Notes: generated from the sequence alone by a model not told the origin. Positions 10,057-19,391 are shown, counted from the first letter of the stretch. The stretch is 64,000 nucleotides of DNA from Planctomycetota bacterium (GCA_044225365.1 JBGAIQ010000010.1:64001-128000); one strand, 5' to 3'. Numbers and translations are program-made.

Positions 10057-11745
10057 TCACTTGCCGGTCCCCGACGCTGCATCCGCCGTCGCGGCGAGCT
10101 GCGTGGAGAAGTTGATCAACACGGACCACTCGAATGGCTTCTTCGCGGTCGCCGCCGCCGTCTGCGTCTTCGGCTTGTGCGTGATGCGTGGATCCTTCGA
10201 TAGCTGCTCGACGAACCCGTTGAAGATCGACACGAGTCCCTGCGCGCCCTCGCGGCCCTGACCCGAGATCTTGATGACGCTCCTCGCGTCCGGCCCCGTT
10301 CCGAGATCCTCGTCCTTCAGGCGCGGTGTCGCGATGTTCGTGACGTAGAGGTCGGCGGGCAGGTACTTCTGCAGCAGGGCGAGCGTGCGCGTGAGCGCGA
10401 CGCCGTTCGATGCGTGATCCTCGAGCATCGCGAGGCGCTTGCCGCTCTCCTCGCGTTCCTTCAATTGGTCGCCCGCCTTCTTTGCACGCTTGCTGAGCGT
10501 GTCGTACTCCGAAGCGTGCGCCCGCAGGTCCTTCGTCGCTGCCGCGTAGTCGGACTGCGTGCGGAACGCGTAGATGCCGAGTGCGCCGAGCATGATGACG
10601 GCAGCGAGGACGGAGAAGAGCGTCTTCTCCTTGAACGCGCGCGCCTTCTTCTCGGACTCCGGGAGGATGTCGATCGAGTAGGCATCGGCGAATGCCGTCG
10701 TCATCGCGAGGCCGAGCGCCACGCTGGCGCGCGCGCGCTCGCTCTCGTCATCCAGTTGATCGGCGACCTTGCCGAGATCGACGGCATCGAACGGATCGAA
10801 GCGCTTCACCGGTACGCCGAGATTCTGCTCGAGGTACCGATCGAGACCCTTGAGCAGCGCGCCGCCGCCCATCAGCAGGACGCGATCGAGCTTCACCTCG
10901 TTCTGTCCCGTCTGCGAGCGCGCGAACATCACCGAAGACTGGATCATCGAGAAGATCTGTCCCACCGCGCCGGCGAGCGCGCGGCTGACCTTCTCGGCCT
11001 GAGGGGAAGCGGCCTTCCTGCGATCGGGATCCGGCGGCGACACATCGGCGAGATCGTGCTTGAGCTGCTGCGCCTTCGTCTTGCTGACATTGAACGACGC
11101 CGCGAGCGCTTCGTCGAACAGTTCCCCGCCGCCCGTCAGATTGCGGGCGAACAGCAGGTCGCCTTCCTTGATGATCGCGAGGTCGGTGTTGCGCGCGCCG
11201 ATCGTCATCATCAGCGTGGTGCCCGAATCCTCGCCGCCCGCTTTCTTGAAGGCGTTGTACATCGCGACGGCGTTCGGCGTGTAGGCGTAGAGCTTCAGCC
11301 CGGATGCCTTGAGCACCGCGTCCTGCGACGCGAGGATCGCGGGCTTCGCGAGCGCGAGCATCACCGTGTCGTCGCCGCCCGCGTCCGATGCGACGGGGAT
11401 CAGATTGAAGTCCGCGGCGAGCGGCTCGCCGGATTGTTCGACGAGTTCCTTGATCTCGAACGCCATCAACTGGCGCAACTGCCAGTCGGGAACCGGCGGG
11501 ACTTGCGTGTAGCGGATGACGACGTCGCGACCGGTGAGGCCGACGCGCGCGAGTCCGCCGATCTTTGCGTCCTTCAACGCCTGGAAGACCGATCGTCCGA
11601 TCGCTTCCGGATCGGCCTCGCCGTCCTCCGTACCGATCGGAACGGTCACCCACGAGTCGACGTGGAAGACGCCCTTCTTCTCGCTGCCCGAGAGCACTCG
11701 GATCGCGGTGCTGCCGATGTCGACACCGATCGCTGTGCGGCCCAT
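10057..11745 (-). CDS. pilM: Type IV pilus assembly protein PilM fused to a PilN-like TM/periplasmic part
   Basis: MGRTAIGVDIGSTAIR, TIGARNTD and LMGGGALLKGL actin-like motifs, then SIDILP (PilN INLLP-like), TM and coiled coil. Confidence 0.85.
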   Translation of the reverse strand: MGRTAIGVDIGSTAIRVLSGSEKKGVFHVDSWVTVPIGTEDGEADPEAIGRSVFQALKDAKIGGLARVGLTGRDVVIRYTQVPPVPDWQLRQLMAFEIKELVEQSGEPLAADFNLIPVASDAGGDDTVMLALAKPAILASQDAVLKASGLKLYAYTPNAVAMYNAFKKAGGEDSGTTLMMTIGARNTDLAIIKEGDLLFARNLTGGGELFDEALAASFNVSKTKAQQLKHDLADVSPPDPDRRKAASPQAEKVSRALAGAVGQIFSMIQSSVMFARSQTGQNEVKLDRVLLMGGGALLKGLDRYLEQNLGVPVKRFDPFDAVDLGKVADQLDDESERARASVALGLAMTTAFADAYSIDILPESEKKARAFKEKTLFSVLAAVIMLGALGIYAFRTQSDYAAATKDLRAHASEYDTLSKRAKKAGDQLKEREESGKRLAMLEDHASNGVALTRTLALLQKYLPADLYVTNIATPRLKDEDLGTGPDARSVIKISGQGREGAQGLVSIFNGFVEQLSKDPRITHKPKTQTAAATAKKPFEWSVLINFSTQLAATADAASGTGK

Positions 11746-11755
11746 TCGCTTCGCC

Positions 11756-14224
11756 TCACTTCTTCTCGAGCAGAGTCTTCGCGGCCGCCGCGATGTCGGG
11801 GTTCGCGTAATTCTGGAGGTAGTCGCCGATCGCCTTCGCCACGAGTTGCTTCGGCGGATTCTGCGCGACCGCGGTCTTGATGCGGGACAAGAGCCGCTCG
11901 CCATCGGTCTTCCGCCGTTCGGCGAGTAGCACGTCGGCTTCGGTCTTCAGGCGACCGATCTCGGCCTCGACGAGGGCAGCGCCCTCGGTGCCCTTCAGCC
12001 GCTTCGCGGCATCGCTCGCCATCGTCAGAGCCTCGACGTAGCTCGACTCGCTCTTCAGGTAGCGCGCGCGCGCCGCTGCCGCGGTGACGGACTTCTTCTG
12101 CTTCTCGATCTCCACCTCGACGCTCTGCCGGATCTGTTCCGCGGCGGCGAGCGCGTTCTCGTCGAACGCGTAGGTATCGCGGATCGCTTTCAACTGGGCG
12201 AGTGTGTCGCCGAGCGCGCCGTGTTTGAACGACTGCTCTGCGGCCTCCTTGGCCTTCGCAGCGTCGACGACCTCGTCGACGAAGTCGATCTGCGTCTCGA
12301 TCTTGAGTTGCGGCGTACCCGTCGGGATCGACAGCAGGAGTTCGAAGCGCTTCTCGTCGCGATTCGCCTTCACATGGACCGCGGGAGTGAGCGTGATCCG
12401 CATGCGGGTCGCGCCCTTGCCCACGACGAGTGCCATGACGCCGTCGAGTTCGAACGAGTCGCGATACGGCTCGAGACCGCGCGCGCTCGAGAGCACGTTG
12501 ACGTCGTGTTCGAGGAGGGCGCCGCGCAACTGGAAGGGCAATTGGATCGAAGAGACGCGGGAAGCATCGCCGCTCACCGCGATCGTCTGCGTGATCTTCT
12601 TCGCGGTGGGCGCGACCTGATCGGTCACCTTGTACGCGCCCGCGGGTCCACACAGGATCGAGTCCCCGGCGCGGAACAATCCGCCGTCGAATCGCTTGTT
12701 CTCGGCGCCCGTGATCAGGATCGGCAGCGCCCGGATGAGCGTCTCGCCGTTGCGGCGATAGAGCACGTTGTCACCGAAGGTCTCGACCTCGAAGGCACCG
12801 GCCGCCTGCGGCGACGGTCGTTCGTTGCTGCCCGCCGTGATCGAGAGATCGTCGAAGACCACCTCGCCGCCATTGCCGGCACCGACGAGCTTCAAGGTGA
12901 AGCCATCGGCATCGCTCGGCGGCACCACGCTGCCCGCGAGCTTCGCGAAAGCGGCGCTCTGTCCGCTCGCGACGACGCTGCGGAGGCGATACGACGGATC
13001 GTCGGAGCGCGTGAATTCGGCAACGAGCGACGCCGTCGCCTCGCCGCTCGTGCGCGCGAAGCCCGAGAACTCGTAGCGCCGCTGCGCTGCGGTGAGGGTC
13101 TCGCGCAGTTCCGCGACGGCGCCCGAGGTGAACTGAGCGCGCAGACTGCCTTCGCCGCTCTTTGCTTTCGCGACCGCAGTGGAGAAACCCTCCGCGTCGT
13201 CCGCGGCGAGATTCCAGGCCGAACTCGGCGCGGGCGCCTCGTCGGTCGATTCGAACGACCAACGTTCGCCGAGCAGATTGTCGGCGGCCGGGACGACGCG
13301 GCCGACGCCGGCAGCCTTCGACTTCATTTGCATGTAGTACCAGCCGGCCCCGCCGATGCCGCCGACGAACAAGAGCAGCACGATGAACTGCAGGGCGGAC
13401 GATCCCGACTTGACCGCGCTGAGGTCGGCCTTCAGGAGTTCGTCCATTCCATCGGCGGCCGTCGCCCCCGCCTTCGCGCTCGCGGGACGCGCGGGCTTGC
13501 GGAAGTCGGGGCCTTCGATGATCGTGCGCTCGCTCTCGTCGTCGCGGCGCTCGAGCTCGGGTTCGGGTTCAGCCTTGTCGGCGACGACGAATACGCACTC
13601 ACCGACGCCGAATCGATCGCCGTGCGACAATGCGATCTCGTCGATGCGCTTGCCCTCGAGGAACGTACCGTTCGTGGAGCCGAGGTCGCGCAGGACGGGC
13701 TTGCCACCCTCGAACACGACTTCGCAATGGACTCCGGAGACCTTGGTGTCGACGAGCGCCACCGTGTTCGTGTTCTTGCGGCCCAGCGTGAGGCGCGCGC
13801 CCGACAATTCGAAGCGCTTCCCTCGCACCTCGCCGGTGACTCCGATCAGGATCCAGCCGCCCGTGCCCGCTCCACCCGAGCCCGGATCCTCGAGCGAGAT
13901 CTCGAGTTCGTCGCCGCCGCCTGCATCCACAGCACTGGCCGCGCCCGAGCTGGAGAAGCGGAGCGTCGAAGCGCCGATGCGCACGACGTCGCCATCGGCC
14001 AGTCGAGTGCGATCGATGCGCTCCTCGTTCTTGAAGGTGCCGTTCGCCGAGTGCAGGTCCTCGAGGATCCAGTGCCCTCCGTCCTGCGCGATTCGACAGT
14101 GCCGGCGCGACGCACCGCCGTCGTTCAGGACGATGTCGTTCTCGGCATCGCGGCCGATGCGGCAAGGATCGGGAAGCGTGTATTCACGACGGTCGCCGCC
14201 GCTCTCGACGATGAGTTTTGCCAT
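11756..14224 (-). CDS. Double-FHA-domain bitopic membrane protein
   Basis: Two FHA signatures (IGR..SRRH..SANGT; LGR..SGVH..STNGT), TM at about aa 278-296, CBM-like beta domain (DNLL..WSFE..VFDDL), helical C-terminus. Confidence 0.85.
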   Translation of the reverse strand: MAKLIVESGGDRREYTLPDPCRIGRDAENDIVLNDGGASRRHCRIAQDGGHWILEDLHSANGTFKNEERIDRTRLADGDVVRIGASTLRFSSSGAASAVDAGGGDELEISLEDPGSGGAGTGGWILIGVTGEVRGKRFELSGARLTLGRKNTNTVALVDTKVSGVHCEVVFEGGKPVLRDLGSTNGTFLEGKRIDEIALSHGDRFGVGECVFVVADKAEPEPELERRDDESERTIIEGPDFRKPARPASAKAGATAADGMDELLKADLSAVKSGSSALQFIVLLLFVGGIGGAGWYYMQMKSKAAGVGRVVPAADNLLGERWSFESTDEAPAPSSAWNLAADDAEGFSTAVAKAKSGEGSLRAQFTSGAVAELRETLTAAQRRYEFSGFARTSGEATASLVAEFTRSDDPSYRLRSVVASGQSAAFAKLAGSVVPPSDADGFTLKLVGAGNGGEVVFDDLSITAGSNERPSPQAAGAFEVETFGDNVLYRRNGETLIRALPILITGAENKRFDGGLFRAGDSILCGPAGAYKVTDQVAPTAKKITQTIAVSGDASRVSSIQLPFQLRGALLEHDVNVLSSARGLEPYRDSFELDGVMALVVGKGATRMRITLTPAVHVKANRDEKRFELLLSIPTGTPQLKIETQIDFVDEVVDAAKAKEAAEQSFKHGALGDTLAQLKAIRDTYAFDENALAAAEQIRQSVEVEIEKQKKSVTAAAARARYLKSESSYVEALTMASDAAKRLKGTEGAALVEAEIGRLKTEADVLLAERRKTDGERLLSRIKTAVAQNPPKQLVAKAIGDYLQNYANPDIAAAAKTLLEKK

Positions 14225-14358
14225 GAAGGTCTACACCGGATTCGAAAACGGACCTTGTACCATCGCAGCGACAGGGACGGGAAGTCCCTGCATCGCTCGA
14301 TCGGCGAGTAGATCGTGTGGCGACACGAGTAACGACAGCGAGCGATTTCGCCCTGCAC

Positions 14359-15210
14359 TCAATCGTTCTTCGGCAGCTCCGGCTCGCGCGGCTTGATGTT
14401 GAACTCCGCCGCGAGCTGCTTCGAGACCGCATCGTAACTGCTCTTCGCGTACACACCGCCCTCGCACCACTCGCAGAGAATATCGAGGTACTCGGTCGCC
14501 AGGTCGGCGCGCGTGCCGAGCGCTTCGAATTTGGGATGTCGTGAGCCGGAGAGCCGACTGTGCCCTCCCGTGATCAGGAACACGAGTGAAAGCACGATCG
14601 CGACGCCGACGATGATCGTCGCGTTGATGCCGCGATAGCGCTCCGCTGATTTGTTGCGATTGCGGGCGAAGATGTAGGCCACGGCGAGCGTGATCACGAG
14701 CCCACCGCCGAACCAGATCAGCGCGTCGAGCCAGGCCTGGCCGAAGAACCGCTCGCGGTCATGCATGAGACCGAGCGACATCACGATGACTCCGTCGTCG
14801 AGCCGTTCGGAGTAGCGCTCCGACTTGCGATCCCCTTTCGACGGTGAGTTCTTGAACGCCGCCTTCTTCGCGGGATCCGTCGGGCGCCGATTCTCATAGA
14901 GGTACGGCACACCGTGCGGCGTGCGCACGAACGGCAGGTCCTTCAGCTGGGGAGCGAGGTTCTGGAATTCGCTCGCGTACGTCGCTTCCTTCAGGCCGGG
15001 GACGGACTCGAGGCCCTCTTCCATCGTCGGGTAGCGGCCCGAGTTCTTCTTGTAGTCGCGAAGCAGATCGGTGATCCGTTCGAGGTGGTTGCGCTGGAAA
15101 CGCAAGCTCTCTTCGTGCTTCTTGCGCTCCGGGCCCCATCGCTGATCGACGACGAGTCCGGTTGCGAAGAGCAGCGAGACGAGTATGAGGAGGACGTCGA
15201 GCGGTTTCAT
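14359..15210 (-). CDS. Membrane protein with a GspG-like globular domain and extra TM helices
   Basis: N-terminal TM, DYKKNSGRYPTMEEGL and PHGVPYLY resemble the GspG core; two further TM segments. Confidence 0.6.
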   Translation of the reverse strand: MKPLDVLLILVSLLFATGLVVDQRWGPERKKHEESLRFQRNHLERITDLLRDYKKNSGRYPTMEEGLESVPGLKEATYASEFQNLAPQLKDLPFVRTPHGVPYLYENRRPTDPAKKAAFKNSPSKGDRKSERYSERLDDGVIVMSLGLMHDRERFFGQAWLDALIWFGGGLVITLAVAYIFARNRNKSAERYRGINATIIVGVAIVLSLVFLITGGHSRLSGSRHPKFEALGTRADLATEYLDILCEWCEGGVYAKSSYDAVSKQLAAEFNIKPREPELPKND

Positions 15211-15305
15211 CTCAGCTTCATCTGCCGCGCTGGATCGCGCGGTGCATCGCGCCTACAGTAGCGTCTTTCTCTCGCCGCGCGCCGCCATCTCTCAGGACGA
15301 ACTTC

Positions 15306-17120
15306 GTGAATCCGCGCTTGCGCATCGAAACAGGGACTCTTCGCGGTCGGGAATTCGAGCTGTCCCGCGCCTTCGTCGTCGGTCGGGCCCAGAGTTGTGA
15401 TCTCGTCCTCTCCGACGACTCCTGCTCGCGGCTCCACGCTCGCTTCACGCCCGAGGGCGATCGAGTGAAACTCGAGGACCTCGGGTCCACCAATGGAACG
15501 CTCGTCAACGGCGAACGCAAGGGCCTCCACATCCTCGAGGAGGGCGACCGTATCACGATCGGGGACACATCGTTCCTCTACCGTCGCGGCGAGTTCGACG
15601 CGACGAAGACCGTGATCCTCTCGAGCACCGTTCGCGACACCGCCACGATCGCGAGCGAACTCGCGCTCGATCCGAAGCCGAAGGATCTCGGCACCGAGAA
15701 CGAAGCACGATTGCTCGCGGCGTTCGTTCAGCTGCTCGACGCGACCCGCGGCGTGCCCGAGGTGCACGCGATCGGTCGCGCGATCTGCCAGGCCACGTCG
15801 GACCTGCTCGAGACGAGTCGAGCCTCCCTCCTCCTGTTTCGTCCGGGATCCGCGGATCCGCGCGACGCACTGCAAATGAGCATCCCGGACATGCGCTTCG
15901 ATCCTGCTCGACCGTGGGTCGGCCGCGCACTCCTGCGGCGCCGGGCGCTGCTCCTCGAGGACCAGGGCAAAGCCGCGAAGGGCTCCAAGAACTCGGTTCA
16001 CGGCCTCGTCATCCCGGCGTTCGAGCACGATCGGCCGATCGCGATGCTGTACGCGGATCGCCGCGGTCGCGAATTCAATCCGGCGGAGTTCGGCGTCGCG
16101 CTGCAGCTCTTCCAGGGCGGCATCGGCCTCCTGCAGACCGCGATCCTCCACGAACGGATCCGCGGCGAACTCGCGGAGCATCGCGCGCGCTCCGACGCCG
16201 AGCGCCGACTCGTCGGTCAAAGCGACGCCCACCGCGCGACGATCCAGTCGGTTCGGAGTTGGGCCGCGAAGGACGAGCAGGCGGTGCTGTTCATCGGCGA
16301 GACGGGCACCGGCAAGGAACTGCTCGCGCGCTTGCTTCACGATGCATCGCCGCGGCGCGAGGGTCCGTTCTACACCGTCAACTGTTCCGCGACTCCGGCG
16401 AACGTCCTCGAGATCGAGCTCTTCGGCTCGGTCGGATCACTCGACAGTCTCGATCGCGAGACCTCGCTCGAGCGCGCCTCTGGCGGCACTCTCTTCCTCG
16501 ACGAGATCGATGCACTCGACCTCCCGACGCAGGCGCGCCTCGCCGCCGTCCTGCGTTCGGGTCGCCTCTCACGCGAACCCGGTGGACGCGAAGTCAGTCT
16601 CAACGTCCGACTCGTCGCCGCCTCCGATCGCGACCTCGCGCAACTCGCGACCGACGGCTCGTTCCACGAAGAACTCCTCGCGCTGCTCGCGATGGCGACG
16701 ATCAAGATCCCGCCGCTCCGCGAACGGGCCGACGACATCCCGCTGTTCGCCGATCACTTCCTCAAGCTGCACTCCCGCCGGATGAATCGCCACGCGCGCC
16801 GGATCACGTCCGACGCCCTACGGATGCTCGCCGCGTATTCGTGGCCCGGCAACGTGCGCGAACTCTCGAACGTGATCGAGCGCGCCGTGATGCTCTGTCG
16901 CGACGACGAGATCGGTCCCGAGATCCTGCCCTTCACCGGCGATCAAGCCGTCACCGAACGCGAACTCTCACTCGATCACGTCGAGAAGATCGCGATCCTC
17001 CGCGCCCTGAATTTCGTGCAGGGCAAGAAAGGGCAAGCCGCGAAGGTCCTCGGGATCTCGTGGCCCACGCTCAACAAGAAGATCCACGACTACGGCATCG
17101 AAGTCCCCGAAAAGACCTAA
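15306..17120 (+). CDS. FHA-GAF-AAA+-HTH NtrC/Fis-family enhancer-binding-like regulator
   Basis: FHA (VGR..SRLH..STNGT), GAF-like region, Walker A GETGTGKE, Walker B FLDEI, WPGNVREL, Fis HTH (AAKVLGIS). Confidence 0.9.
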   Translation: MNPRLRIETGTLRGREFELSRAFVVGRAQSCDLVLSDDSCSRLHARFTPEGDRVKLEDLGSTNGTLVNGERKGLHILEEGDRITIGDTSFLYRRGEFDATKTVILSSTVRDTATIASELALDPKPKDLGTENEARLLAAFVQLLDATRGVPEVHAIGRAICQATSDLLETSRASLLLFRPGSADPRDALQMSIPDMRFDPARPWVGRALLRRRALLLEDQGKAAKGSKNSVHGLVIPAFEHDRPIAMLYADRRGREFNPAEFGVALQLFQGGIGLLQTAILHERIRGELAEHRARSDAERRLVGQSDAHRATIQSVRSWAAKDEQAVLFIGETGTGKELLARLLHDASPRREGPFYTVNCSATPANVLEIELFGSVGSLDSLDRETSLERASGGTLFLDEIDALDLPTQARLAAVLRSGRLSREPGGREVSLNVRLVAASDRDLAQLATDGSFHEELLALLAMATIKIPPLRERADDIPLFADHFLKLHSRRMNRHARRITSDALRMLAAYSWPGNVRELSNVIERAVMLCRDDEIGPEILPFTGDQAVTERELSLDHVEKIAILRALNFVQGKKGQAAKVLGISWPTLNKKIHDYGIEVPEKT

Positions 17121-17127
17121 CAGCCCA

Positions 17128-18420
17128 GGACCGCCGGGCTTTGCCCGGCATCTTCTTCGTCCGCCTGGCCTTTTAGGGATTGCGCCACCGTGAATGGCGG
17201 ACCGCCGGGCTCTGCCCGGCATCTTCGGGAACGTACCACCGTGGATAGGACAGTACGTCGGGCGCGCACGGGGAGCTCCGTTCGACTCCGCGCGCGGAGG
17301 ACCGCGCATGCTGCGCGAACGGACTCCCCGATGCGCTTCTTTCCCTTCGAGGGGAAAGGTCATGGAGGCCCACTTTGAAATGGATCGAGGCACCTTGCTT
17401 TCCCCACGTGTCTTCGCGACGAACCTTATGGGGTAGGTAGGAACGCGGTCACCTTGCGCGCCCGTAGCACGGTCATCCTTGAAGGCGGCCCTTATAGCGG
17501 GGTCTACCCTTTCGTCGGCGTGAATAGGAATGCGTCGATCAGGGTCGGACCGCCGGGCTCTGCCCGGCATCTTCGGGAACGTACCACCGTGGATAGGACA
17601 GCACGTCGGGCGCGCACGGGGAGCTCCGTTCGACTCCGCGCGCGGAGGACCGCGCATGCTGCGCGAACGGACTCCCCGATGCGCTTCTTTCCTTTCGAGG
17701 GGAAGGGTCAGGGGCCCCACTTTGAAATGGATCGAGGCGCCTTGCCTGGAGTGCCGCGGACGGCACCCCAGCCAAGGCTTTCCCCACGTGTCTTCGCGAC
17801 GAACCTTATGGGGTAGGTAGGAACACGGTCACCTTGCGCGCCCGTAGCACGGCCATCTTTGAAGGCGGCCCGGATACCGGGATCTACCCTTTTGTCGGCG
17901 TGAATAGGAATGCGTCGATCAGGGTCGGACCGCCGGGCTCTGCCCGGCATCTTCGGACTTCGGGATCGTGCCACCGTGGGAAGGACAGCACGTCGGGCGC
18001 GCACGGGGAGCTCCGTTCGACTCCGCGCGCGGAGTACCGCGCATGCTGCGCGAACCCGATGTGCTTATGTCCTTTCGAGGGGGAGGGTCAGGGAGGCCCA
18101 CTTTGAAATGGATCGAGGCGCCTTGCCTGGAGTGCCGCGGACGGCACCCCAGCCAAGGCTTTCCCCACGTGTCTTCGCGACGAACCTTATCGGGTAGGTA
18201 GGAACACGGTCACCTTGCGCGCCCGTAGCACGGTCATCTTTGAACCCGGCCCAGTTAGCGGGGTCTACCCTTGCGTCGGATCGGACCGCCGGGCTCTGCC
18301 CGGCATCTTCGGACTTCGGGAACGTGCCACCGCGGGTAGGACAGTACGTCGGGCGCGCACGGGGAGATCGGTTGTTTCGAGGCGAACGGTTGTGCGGCCC
18401 GCTTTGAAATGGGTCGGGGC
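17128..18420. repeat. Tandem array of ~350-380 bp structured non-coding units, each beginning with a REP hairpin
   Basis: GGACCGCCGGGCT(C/T)TGCCCGGC at 17128, 17199, 17547, 17927 and 18283; near-identical units of 348, 380 and 356 bp plus a degenerate partial fourth. Confidence 0.95.
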
Positions 18421-18440
18421 GCATTAGGATCGATTCCGCC

Positions 18441-19391
18441 ATGACCATCTCGAATTCGACCTTCGTCCACGACGCGTCCGCCCGCGGCCTGCTCCTCGTC
18501 TCCGGCAAGGACCGGGTCGATCTGCTCCAGCGCATCACGACGAACGATCTCAAGAGGCTCTCGCCCGGAACCGGGAATCTCTCCTGCTTCACGACCGCGA
18601 AGGGTCGCGTGATCGATCGATGCCGGATGCTCGTCGGCCAGGACGCGATCCTCGTCGTGACGAGCGCGGGGCGGAGTCCGGCCGTCGCGCAATGGATCGA
18701 TCGTTACGTGATCATCGAGGACGTGAAGGTTGCGGACCTGTCGGCCGCAGTGTTCCAGCTCGATGTCGTGGGCGAAGGAGCCCTCGCGATCGGCGCTCGC
18801 CTCGATTCGCGATTCGAGTCGCTCCCGCGCCATGGACACCTCCAGACGACGATCGGAGGCATCGATGGCGTCACGCTGATCCGAACCGAGGGCCTGCGGT
18901 CGAGCGACGCGTTGATGGTGATCGGTCCACGAGCGGCGAAGGATGCGGTGCTCGCGGCGATCGGCAGCGACGTTTCGATCCTCGACGACGCAAAGTTCGA
19001 AGCGTTTCGAATCGACGCCGGCGTCCCGACCTTCGGCCGCGACGTCACGGAGGACAACAACCCGCTCGAAGCAGGATTGTGGGACAGCGTGTCGTTCGAG
19101 AAGGGATGCTACGTCGGGCAGGAAGTGGTCGCGCGCCTGCGCAACTACGACAAGGTGATGAAGCAGCTCTGCCGGATCGAACTCCCTGCGGCCTTTCCGA
19201 CCGGTACCAAGCTCCTCTCCGACGGGCGCGAAGTCGGAGTGATCACCTCCGTCGCGGGCCCGCCCGATCTCGAGACGCACGTCGCTCTCGGATACGTTCA
19301 GCGACGCGTCGTCCAGAACGCTACGCCGATGGTCCTCGGAACCTCGGAATCCAAAGTCCTGGACGTGCGAGTCGTCAAGCTCGCACCGTGA
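18441..19391 (+). CDS. ygfZ: YgfZ/GcvT-family folate-binding protein
   Basis: KGCYVGQEVVAR signature; GKDRVDLLQRITTND N-terminus. Confidence 0.85.
   Translation: MTISNSTFVHDASARGLLLVSGKDRVDLLQRITTNDLKRLSPGTGNLSCFTTAKGRVIDRCRMLVGQDAILVVTSAGRSPAVAQWIDRYVIIEDVKVADLSAAVFQLDVVGEGALAIGARLDSRFESLPRHGHLQTTIGGIDGVTLIRTEGLRSSDALMVIGPRAAKDAVLAAIGSDVSILDDAKFEAFRIDAGVPTFGRDVTEDNNPLEAGLWDSVSFEKGCYVGQEVVARLRNYDKVMKQLCRIELPAAFPTGTKLLSDGREVGVITSVAGPPDLETHVALGYVQRRVVQNATPMVLGTSESKVLDVRVVKLAP

Noticed and set aside
14225-15305. Sigma54 -24/-12 promoter near the activator
   Set aside because: No TGGCAC-N5-TTGC-like site was found by eye in the intergenic gaps.
17128-18420. CRISPR array or group II intron interpretation of the tandem
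   Set aside because: Inter-repeat sequences are near-identical rather than unique spacers, there are no cas genes, and no domain V or RT ORF is present.
17173-18592. Small repeated ORFs in the tandem array
   Set aside because: They occur in several frames on both strands, are broken by unit indels and lack coding-like composition; the region is treated as non-coding.
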